DNA of 64,000 nucleotides from an uncultured Alphaproteobacteria bacterium (GTDB lineage Bacteria; Pseudomonadota; Alphaproteobacteria; HIMB59; GCA-002718135): NCBI GenBank assembly GCA_902539825.1, contig CACBMH010000001.1, positions 930 to 64,929 of the forward strand, read 5' to 3'. Shown piece by piece: positions 30,216 to 37,087 of this stretch (position 1 is its first letter; each line of letters starts with the position of its first letter). The notes under the pieces were generated by a model. It saw only the letters and a program-made list of their open reading frames with translations, ran no database searches and was not told where the DNA came from. The position numbers and the translations under genes were made by a program.

Positions 30216-31019
30216 TCATTTTTGCAACTTACCTCTCAACTCTAGTGGAATAAGAGAAATGATAAATAATATTATCGCTATAACAATAATTGATGGTCCC
30301 GAAGAGGTATTCAATTCCAAAGAAGTAAATAAGCCAATTGTAACAGATAAAATACCAATTAATATGGCTACAAATACCATTTGTTTTGGATTGTGAGTTA
30401 TATTTCTTGATGCCGCTGCCGGTATTATTAGTAATCCTGTAATTAAAAGAGTACCAATCATTTTTATAGATAATGCAATAACTCCAGCAAGTAGCAGGGT
30501 AAAGATCATATTATATATGTTCGGTTTCATTCCTTCTGCTAAAGCTAGATCATAATTAACTGTAGCTGAAAATAATGATTTCCAAATAAAATATAAAATT
30601 CCTAAAATTACAGAACCACCAATCCATACTAGAGCAATGTCTTCTACAGTTACTGATAAAATATCTCCAAATAGTAATCCCATAATATCAAAACGAATAC
30701 TCGATAAAAAACCCATTAAAACCAAACCAATCGCAAGAGTAGAGTGAGCTAATAATCCAAGTAATGAGTCCCCGGCTAATCTAGTCCTCTTTTGAAGATT
30801 GAGAAGAAGTAGAGCAATGACTGCCGATATTATAAACACAGAAAAGGCAATATTTAAACTGAAGGCATAGGCTAAAGTTACTCCTAGTAAGGCAGAGTGT
30901 GCTAAGGTATCACCAAAATAAGATAATCGTCTCCAAATTACTAAACAACCTAGTGGCCCTGTAATTATTGCAATACCGATACCAGTAACTAGTGCTCTTG
31001 TAAAAAAATCATCAAACAT
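30216..31019 (-). CDS. znuB: Zinc ABC transporter permease
   Basis: 267 aa with the ZnuB-type start FFTRALVTGIGIAIITGPLGCLVIWRRLSYFGDTLAHSAL. Confidence 0.9.
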   Translation of the reverse strand: MFDDFFTRALVTGIGIAIITGPLGCLVIWRRLSYFGDTLAHSALLGVTLAYAFSLNIAFSVFIISAVIALLLLNLQKRTRLAGDSLLGLLAHSTLAIGLVLMGFLSSIRFDIMGLLFGDILSVTVEDIALVWIGGSVILGILYFIWKSLFSATVNYDLALAEGMKPNIYNMIFTLLLAGVIALSIKMIGTLLITGLLIIPAAASRNITHNPKQMVFVAILIGILSVTIGLFTSLELNTSSGPSIIVIAIILFIISLIPLELRGKLQK

Positions 31020-31762
31020 TAACTAGACACACTTCCGTCAGAATTATGTGTGTGATCATGATCGTGCTGATAATATGTCAACGTTTTTGATCTATGTTCA
31101 CCAAATAATTCTATATAGGCTTTATCTTTTATAACTGTACTTGGTTTTCCTGAACAACAGATATGCCCATTTAAACAAACTACATGATCTGTAGCAGACA
31201 TAACAAAATGCAAGTCATGGGAGACTAATAAAATTCCACAATTTAGGTTTGCAGAAATATTTTTGATAATATTATAAAGATCAATTTCCCCATTAAAATC
31301 AACTCCTTGAACGGGTTCATCTAAGACTAGTAATTCTGGTTTTTTTGCGATAGCTCTTGCTAGAAGAACACGTTGAAATTCTCCACCAGATAGACCATGA
31401 ATTTGTTCCTTGAAAAGTTTTTCTACACCAGTTTGATTTAAAGATTCACTAACTTCATTATCATTGAGATTATTGGTTAATCGCATGAAATCTACAACTC
31501 GTAATGGCATTGTCCAATCGATATTAATTTTCTGAGGAACATATGCGATTTTATCTGTATACCTTTTCATTGAACCTTCATCAGGTTCAAGAATACTTAG
31601 CACCATTTTAGCTGTTGTTGTCTTTCCAGAACCATTAGGTCCTATTAGCGTAACTATTTGACCACGCCTTACTTCAAGAGATACACCTCTTATCAACCAT
31701 TTTGGAGACTTATAAACACCTGCGTTTTCCAAATTTACTAATAAATTATTTTTACTACTCAT
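31019..31762 (-). CDS. znuC: Zinc ABC transporter ATP-binding protein
   Basis: 247 aa with Walker A GPNGSGKTT, signature LSGGEFQR and a His-rich C-terminal tail YYQHDHDHTHNSDG. Confidence 0.9.
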   Translation of the reverse strand: MSSKNNLLVNLENAGVYKSPKWLIRGVSLEVRRGQIVTLIGPNGSGKTTTAKMVLSILEPDEGSMKRYTDKIAYVPQKINIDWTMPLRVVDFMRLTNNLNDNEVSESLNQTGVEKLFKEQIHGLSGGEFQRVLLARAIAKKPELLVLDEPVQGVDFNGEIDLYNIIKNISANLNCGILLVSHDLHFVMSATDHVVCLNGHICCSGKPSTVIKDKAYIELFGEHRSKTLTYYQHDHDHTHNSDGSVSS

Positions 31763-31784
31763 TTTTCTATTTACAATGCAAAAT

Positions 31785-31802
31785 GTAATATTATAACATT
31801 AC
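31785..31802. promoter_or_regulatory. Candidate Zur operator in the divergent znuC / znuA promoter region
   Basis: GTAATATTATAACATTAC is a near-perfect 9-9 inverted repeat (its reverse complement GTAATGTTATAATATTAC differs at 2 positions). It is centred in the 77-nt spacer between znuC (ATG 31762) and znuA (ATG 31840). The core TTATAACAT resembles Zur/Fur-family boxes described at alphaproteobacterial znu promoters. Confidence 0.6.
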
Positions 31803-31839
31803 ACTATTTAACAGACTTATTTTTAATAGGAATACTTTT

Positions 31840-33267
31840 ATGAAACAAACGAATTTTTTTCTACATATATTTAAGATTATGTTATTTTCGGGAATTCTTG
31901 TTGCAACTGCATCTGCAAGAGCAGAGTTAAAGGTTGTTACTACAATTAAACCACTACATTCATTAATTTCAAACGTTATGGATGGAATAGGTGAGCCTGG
32001 ACTCATAATCGATGGAAGTATATCACCACACAGTTTTACAATGAAACCTTCTCATGCGAAAATGCTTGAAGAAGCAGATGTCATTTTTTGGATTGGAGAG
32101 AGTATTGAAACATCAATGGAAGAACCTCTAGACACAATTGCAAAAGATGCAGAAGTAATTGAATTTATGGAACTTGATTCAATTGCTAAATTAAAATTTA
32201 GAGAAGAATCAATTTTTGGTGACCATGACGATCACGATGATCACGATGACCACGATGACCACGATGATCACGATGACCACGATGATCATGACGACCACGA
32301 TGATCACGATGATCACGCACACGGTGCACATGCTTTTGAATGGGCAGGATTGTTTGATCTAAAAGCGGGAACATATAAGTGGTCTGCTGCTAAAGTTGAT
32401 GGCGATTATGCTGACCCTGCTATGAAGTTAGTATTACTAGCGGCTGATGATATTGAAGCAGTTGAGGAAACGGCTGAAGAACTTTTAGAAAGTAAAACTT
32501 CCGCAAAAAAAACAAATGGCGGAACTCTTGTTGCTAAGGAGATTGCATACTCTTTAAATTTTGATGATTCTCAAAATATGACTGTGTTTACAGTTGAAAT
32601 TGCTGAGAATGGAAAATATGCTTTCTTCACAGAGCATATGCCTTTTGAGTTTGAAGCAAATGAACATTTCTTCAAAGATACCTCTGGTGTAGATATAGAA
32701 CCAATTGCTCAAGAACCAGAAATGGATGGTCACGATCATCATGATCATCACGGCCATGCACACGGTGAATTTGATGCTCACATTTGGTTAGATCCAATGA
32801 ATGCTAAAGAAATGGTTCATGAAATAGCTCATGAGTTAGGTGATTTAGATCCTGCCAATAAAGAGAAATATGAAGCAAATGCTGAAGCAACAATTAAAGC
32901 TTTAGATCAGCTTATTAGTGATGTTGGTACAGATATTAATTCTGATGCAAAATTTGTTGTCTTCCATGACGCCTACCAATACTTTGAAGAAAGATTTGGT
33001 GTAAGAGCTGCAGGAGCTTTAACATTGAATACTGATGTTTTACCTGGTGCAAAGCAAATAGCTGATATTCAGGATGTTATTAAGGATAAGGGAATAAAAT
33101 GTATTTTCTCTGAACCTCAATTTAATCCAAAGATTATTACAACAATAGCTGAGGACATGAATATCAAAACAGGAGTTTTTGATCCTTTAGGTGCTAACAT
33201 TGATGCTAGTAAGTCACTTTACTTTACGTTGATAAGTAATCTCGGGGACGAGCTTAAAGGCTGTTAA
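31840..33267 (+). CDS. znuA: Zinc ABC transporter periplasmic binding protein with a very large His-rich insertion
   Basis: 475 aa with signal peptide MKQTNFFLHIFKIMLFSGILVATASARA. Cluster A-I SBP motifs are present: VVTTIKPLHSLI, SPHSFTMKPS, DAHIWLDP and FHDAYQYF. About 180 extra residues sit where ZnuA normally has a short His loop. Confidence 0.9.
   Translation: MKQTNFFLHIFKIMLFSGILVATASARAELKVVTTIKPLHSLISNVMDGIGEPGLIIDGSISPHSFTMKPSHAKMLEEADVIFWIGESIETSMEEPLDTIAKDAEVIEFMELDSIAKLKFREESIFGDHDDHDDHDDHDDHDDHDDHDDHDDHDDHDDHAHGAHAFEWAGLFDLKAGTYKWSAAKVDGDYADPAMKLVLLAADDIEAVEETAEELLESKTSAKKTNGGTLVAKEIAYSLNFDDSQNMTVFTVEIAENGKYAFFTEHMPFEFEANEHFFKDTSGVDIEPIAQEPEMDGHDHHDHHGHAHGEFDAHIWLDPMNAKEMVHEIAHELGDLDPANKEKYEANAEATIKALDQLISDVGTDINSDAKFVVFHDAYQYFEERFGVRAAGALTLNTDVLPGAKQIADIQDVIKDKGIKCIFSEPQFNPKIITTIAEDMNIKTGVFDPLGANIDASKSLYFTLISNLGDELKGC
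32221..32316 (+). repeat. In-frame 9-nt tandem repeat encoding (Asp-His-Asp) x10 plus Asp-His inside znuA
   Basis: Direct reading: gaccatgac gatcacgat gatcacgat gaccacgat gaccacgat gatcacgat gaccacgat gatcatgac gaccacgat gatcacgat gatcac. The units differ only at synonymous third positions. Confidence 0.95.
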
Positions 33268-33283
33268 ATTTTAATATTTAAAT

Positions 33284-33312
33284 AAATTCCACCTTGTATT
33301 AAGGTGGAATTT
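33284..33312 (+). terminator. Perfect 12-bp hairpin between znuA and the COG0523 gene (terminator or attenuating/stabilising structure)
   Basis: AAATTCCACCTT (33284-33295), loop GTATT, AAGGTGGAATTT (33301-33312). The downstream tail ATAAAAC is not U-rich, so termination may be partial. Confidence 0.5.
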
Positions 33313-33338
33313 ATAAAACTAATTATAAGGAAATTGAT

Positions 33339-34310
33339 ATGGAAAATACTTCTCAGGTTCCAGTTACTGTTTTAACAGGGTTTCTTGGAGCTGGAAAAAC
33401 AACTCTTTTAAATCGAATATTAACTGAACAGCATGGAAGGAAATATGCTGTCATAGTTAATGAATTTGGTGAACAAGGTATCGACAATGATCTTGTTGTT
33501 GATGCTGATGAAGAAGTATTTGAAATGAACAACGGGTGCATTTGTTGCACTGTTAGAGGTGATTTAATTAGAATTCTAAGTGGCTTAATGAAACGTGCTG
33601 ATAAGCTTGATGCAATTATTGTTGAGACAACTGGTTTAGCAGATCCAGCACCAGTAGCACAAACCTTCTTTGTTGATCAAGATGTTGCTGATCGTACAAA
33701 ATTAGATGCAATTGTTACAGTTGCCGATGCTGTTCATCTAAGTTCTCAATTAGTCGATCATCATGAAGCAGAAGAACAAATTGCTTTTGCTGATGTAATT
33801 TTGTTAAATAAAGTTGAACTTGTTGGAGATAATGACATTGTAAAAGTTAATGATCGTATTAGAAAAATTAATCCTTTTGCTAAGATTATTAAAACAACAC
33901 GTTGTGATGCACCTCTTGATGAAATCGTAGGCTTAAATGCATTTAGTCTAGATAGAGTATTAGATATTGAACCTGACTTTCTTGAATCAGATCATGATCA
34001 TGAACATGATGATGATGTTACTAGTCTATCCTTTGTATCTGATACACCATTAGATATGGATAAGTTCCAAGATTGGTTTGGAAATTTGCTCAGGACTAAG
34101 GGTCAGGACATACTTCGATCAAAAGGAATTTTGAACTTTAAAGGTGAAGAAGAGCGATATGTATTTCAAGGAGTACACATGCTCATGGATGCTTCTCCAA
34201 TGGGGCCATGGCCAAAAGGAAAAGATAGAAGTTCTCGAGTAGTTTTTATTGGTCGTGACCTTGATAATATGAACCTTAAGGAAGGCTTTGAAAATTGTAA
34301 ATCAGCATGA
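33339..34310 (+). CDS. COG0523-family G3E GTPase (CobW/YjiA/ZigA-like putative metallochaperone)
   Basis: 323 aa with P-loop GFLGAGKTTLLNRIL, metal-binding CxCC motif GCICCTVRGDL, ETTGLADP, NKVEL and a His/Asp-rich linker ESDHDHEHDDD before the CobW_C-like domain. Confidence 0.9.
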   Translation: MENTSQVPVTVLTGFLGAGKTTLLNRILTEQHGRKYAVIVNEFGEQGIDNDLVVDADEEVFEMNNGCICCTVRGDLIRILSGLMKRADKLDAIIVETTGLADPAPVAQTFFVDQDVADRTKLDAIVTVADAVHLSSQLVDHHEAEEQIAFADVILLNKVELVGDNDIVKVNDRIRKINPFAKIIKTTRCDAPLDEIVGLNAFSLDRVLDIEPDFLESDHDHEHDDDVTSLSFVSDTPLDMDKFQDWFGNLLRTKGQDILRSKGILNFKGEEERYVFQGVHMLMDASPMGPWPKGKDRSSRVVFIGRDLDNMNLKEGFENCKSA

Positions 34311-35344
34311 ATGCTGATCTAGAAACACTTCAAAAATCAAATAAAACTGAACTTGAAAGAAGAGGTTCAATTTTCAATATTGGAGCCCCAGCTACAGAAG
34401 CGGTTACAATTCGTAATCAAATAGCGGTTGGATTTGGAGACGGCACTGTAAGATTTTTTCAATCTGGATCTGATCCTAAAACTGTTAAAGCACATAAGGG
34501 TGTAGTGTTGAGTATGACAAATTATGAAGATCATGTGTTAACGGGAGGAGAAGATGGACGTTTTCTAAAAATATCATCTGATGGAAATATTGATGAAATT
34601 TTTAATTTTGGTTCAAAGTGGGTTGACTGTGTAGCTTCCCACAAAGATACTAAAGTTTGTTCATCAGGAAAGACTGTTTATATTTGGACAAAAAACAAAG
34701 ATAAACCACAAACTTTAGAGCATCAAAGTACTGTTGCTGGATTAGCATTTGATAATAAAGGTAAGCGTCTTGCGGTCTCAAGATACGGTGGAGTAACAGT
34801 GTGGAAACTTAATAATAATAAATGGACAGCATCAAATTTTACCTGGAAAGGATCGCATGGAACTGTAACGTTTAGCCCAGATACAAAATATATTGTAACT
34901 GCAATGCAAGAAAATCAAATTCATGGTTGGCGCATAAACGACAAAGCGGATTTAGCAATGAGAGGTTATCCATCAAAAATTAAAAGTTTTACTTGGGTTG
35001 GTGATACACCGTATTTGGTAACATCTGGATCCAGTGATGCAGTTTGCTGGCCATTTGATGGTAAAGAAGGACCAATGGGGAGAAAGCCAATTGTTGTTGC
35101 AAACGGTGGTAAAGAACTTGCAACATTTGTTAAAGCACTAAATGGAGAAAAAGCTGTTTTCACCGGTTTTACAGATGGGTCAGTTTTATTAGCAGAAATT
35201 GATGAAAGTAAAAAACCAATTATGATTAGAAGTTCAACAGGTTCGGAAGTTTCAACAATAGCGATATCTAGTGATAATTCACAAATATTAATTGGGGATA
35301 TGAAAGGTTCTATTCTTTTATCATCTTTATGGGCAGACAATTAA
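34307..35344 (+). CDS. WD40-like beta-propeller protein, no signal peptide
   Basis: 345 aa with about seven repeat units, e.g. HKGVVLSMTNYEDHVLTGGEDGRFLKIS, TVAGLAFDNKGKRLAVSRYGGVTVWKL, HGTVTFSPDTKYIVTAMQENQIHGWRI and IKSFTWVGDTPYLVTSGSSDAVCWPF. Its start overlaps the COG0523 stop (ATGA). Confidence 0.8.
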   Translation: MNADLETLQKSNKTELERRGSIFNIGAPATEAVTIRNQIAVGFGDGTVRFFQSGSDPKTVKAHKGVVLSMTNYEDHVLTGGEDGRFLKISSDGNIDEIFNFGSKWVDCVASHKDTKVCSSGKTVYIWTKNKDKPQTLEHQSTVAGLAFDNKGKRLAVSRYGGVTVWKLNNNKWTASNFTWKGSHGTVTFSPDTKYIVTAMQENQIHGWRINDKADLAMRGYPSKIKSFTWVGDTPYLVTSGSSDAVCWPFDGKEGPMGRKPIVVANGGKELATFVKALNGEKAVFTGFTDGSVLLAEIDESKKPIMIRSSTGSEVSTIAISSDNSQILIGDMKGSILLSSLWADN

Positions 35345-35354
35345 AGGAGAAAAT

Positions 35355-35609
35355 ATGTTTAATCGTAAAACTCAAAATGTTGAAAAAATAAGAAATCTTA
35401 AACATTTAATTTCCAAGAAATATAAATTACCAGAAAATACTATAATAAGTATTGCTGAGCTCAGTTGTCATGAGCCTGATTGTCCACCAATCGAAACTGT
35501 AATTACTGCAAGAAATGAAGACGGATCAATGAAAAATTGGCGAGTTGCAAAATCAATAGAAGAAATAGAGGAGTCAGATATTAATAATCTAACAAACCAC
35601 ACCCATTAG
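35355..35609 (+). CDS. Hypothetical 84-aa protein with CHEPDC motif
   Basis: Strong SD (AAAGGAGAAAATATG). MFNRKTQNVEKIRNLKHL...ELSCHEPDCPPIETVITARNEDGSMKNWRV..., with a C-terminal NHTH. I do not recognise the family. Confidence 0.6.
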   Translation: MFNRKTQNVEKIRNLKHLISKKYKLPENTIISIAELSCHEPDCPPIETVITARNEDGSMKNWRVAKSIEEIEESDINNLTNHTH

Positions 35610-35630
35610 ATTATTAAATTTAGAATAAAA

Positions 35631-36038
35631 ATGTCAAAAAAACAAAAAGAAATAATATTATCTGTTTGTCTCACATGTACCCTTAATAAAGCTCAAAATA
35701 ATAATAAACTTGCAGGAGAAAAACTTGCACAAAAATTAATTGATAAATTTAAAAATACAAAAAATGTAACTTTAAGAGGTGTAAATTGCATGAGTAATTG
35801 TAAACGTTCATGTATTGTATCCTTTACCGCAGAAAATTGTTTTACCTATGTGTTTGGAGATATAGATCCTGAAAATTCTGCTTATATTGATTCAATAGAG
35901 GAACTGCTATTATCCTATAGCAAATCTGATGATGGTTTTTTGAGACGTAGACATAGACCTGAAATATATAGATCTAATATCGTTGGTAGATTTCCTCCAA
36001 TAAATAGTAAGTCAGATATTATTATTAATTTAAAATAG
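35631..36038 (+). CDS. DUF1636-family predicted metal-binding protein (thioredoxin-like ferredoxin fold)
   Basis: 135 aa with the CLTC ... CMSNCKRSC Cys pattern, then FTYVFGDIDP and RRRHRPE...IVGRFPP, the pattern I associate with DUF1636 proteins that accompany cobW-like genes in alphaproteobacteria. Confidence 0.7.
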   Translation: MSKKQKEIILSVCLTCTLNKAQNNNKLAGEKLAQKLIDKFKNTKNVTLRGVNCMSNCKRSCIVSFTAENCFTYVFGDIDPENSAYIDSIEELLLSYSKSDDGFLRRRHRPEIYRSNIVGRFPPINSKSDIIINLK

Positions 36039-36105
36039 TAAAATTTTAAAAAAAATTAAATTATAATTATTTATTTCTGAATTTTATTTAATTTAGAATG
36101 TATTA

Positions 36106-36189
36106 TTAACAGCAATCTCCACCTTCACAAGTGCAACAACAGCTGCAGCTGCAACCACACTTTGGTGGGTTTGGATTTTGATTTTTCAT
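36106..36189 (-). CDS. Candidate 27-aa cysteine-rich (metallothionein-like) peptide, unannotated micro-ORF
   Basis: ATG at 36189 with AGGTG 5 nt upstream. Translation MKNQNPNPPKCGCSCSCCCTCEGGDCC, stop TAA at 36106-36108. 9 of 27 residues are Cys. It sits in a local G+C island (31/60 G+C over 36111-36170 by my count) inside an otherwise almost pure A+T spacer. Confidence 0.55.
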   Translation of the reverse strand: MKNQNPNPPKCGCSCSCCCTCEGGDCC

Positions 36190-36229
36190 AATCACACCTA
36201 TATATTTTTTATAATAATTTAAAATACAA

Positions 36230-37087
36230 ATGAGAAAAGCATTAGAAATTAAACAATGTATGAAGACTTTCGAGGGTGACGGGATACCTGTAACGAGAGC
36301 TTTCCCTGTCCCCGGAATGAGAGAAAACGATCCATTTCTTCTTTTTGATCATTTCGGCCCAATTAATTATGAGCCAGGAGGTGCAACTGGTGTACCAGCA
36401 CATCCTCATTGTGGATTTGAGGCAATTACTTATATGCTTGGTGGTGAAGTAGAGCATAGAGACTCATTTGGAGGACAAGCAGAAATTGAAACTGGTGATG
36501 TACAATGGATGACAACCGGATCAGGTTTAATCCACTCTGAATTAGTAACAGAAAAATTTAAGAAGAGTGGTGGTATCATGCAAGGATTACAAATTTGGGT
36601 AAATCTTCCACAAAAAAATAAAAAAGTGAAACCTTGGTACCAACATATTAAAAGAAACACTATTCCAACAGTATCTGAAAATGCAAATATAGTAATTAAA
36701 GTTCTTGTGGGTGAAATAAATGGAACCAAATCCAAAGTTCAAACATATTCACCTGTATCAATATTTGATATTCAATTTTCAAAACCAGATATGACAAAGT
36801 TTAATGTTGATAAAGAACAAAATCTTATGATCTATATTATTGATGGTCAGTTACAGTTTAATGAGCAAGATAAAATTGCTAATAAAGGTGATATGATTTA
36901 TTTTGATCAATCTAGTGATGAGATTCAACTTACATCAATATCAGAAAAAGGATCCTACCTAGTTTTAGCCGGAAAGCCGCTTAAAGAACCTGTAGCACGT
37001 TATGGTCCTTTTGTGGCAAATTCTGAAGGAGAAATCAAGCAAGCAATGATGGACTATCAAGAAGGAAAAATGGGAAGCTTAGCTTAA
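36230..37087 (+). CDS. Pirin-family bicupin protein
   Basis: 285 aa with PAHPHCGFEAITYMLGGEVEHRDS (pirin metal-ligand motif), QWMTTGSGLIHSE and GPFV. The start could be the internal MKTFEGDG. Confidence 0.88.
   Translation: MRKALEIKQCMKTFEGDGIPVTRAFPVPGMRENDPFLLFDHFGPINYEPGGATGVPAHPHCGFEAITYMLGGEVEHRDSFGGQAEIETGDVQWMTTGSGLIHSELVTEKFKKSGGIMQGLQIWVNLPQKNKKVKPWYQHIKRNTIPTVSENANIVIKVLVGEINGTKSKVQTYSPVSIFDIQFSKPDMTKFNVDKEQNLMIYIIDGQLQFNEQDKIANKGDMIYFDQSSDEIQLTSISEKGSYLVLAGKPLKEPVARYGPFVANSEGEIKQAMMDYQEGKMGSLA

Noticed and set aside
33339-34310. Naming the COG0523 gene cobW (cobalamin biosynthesis)
   Set aside because: No cob, cbi or btu genes and no B12 riboswitch-like element are visible nearby. 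The context is zinc uptake, so the generic COG0523 label is safer.
34307-35344. Calling the WD40 protein an AztD-type periplasmic zinc chaperone
   Set aside because: AztD is secreted. This protein starts MNADLETLQKSNKTELERRGS, with no signal peptide or TM segment, so only a loose fold-level analogy holds.
36139-36150. The palindrome CAGCTGCAGCTG, considered as a terminator or structured-RNA explanation for the G+C island
   Set aside because: The palindrome has no loop, so it would give only a stem of about 4 bp and no U-tract. It is simply the consequence of repeated Ser-Cys codons (AGC TGC AGC TG).
36106-36189. Reading the Cys-rich micro-ORF as a Cys-codon leader peptide (attenuator)
   Set aside because: No gene follows it on the minus strand. 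The next feature is the 3' end of the convergent DUF1636 gene, so there is nothing for it to attenuate.
36097-36222. Plus-strand open frame across the G+C patch (…TAISTFTSATTAAAATTLWWVWILIFHNH…), which looks like a small hydrophobic peptide
   Set aside because: There is no ATG, GTG or TTG start and no SD after the upstream TAG at 36094-36096. The minus-strand frame has both a start and an SD, plus a far more distinctive composition.
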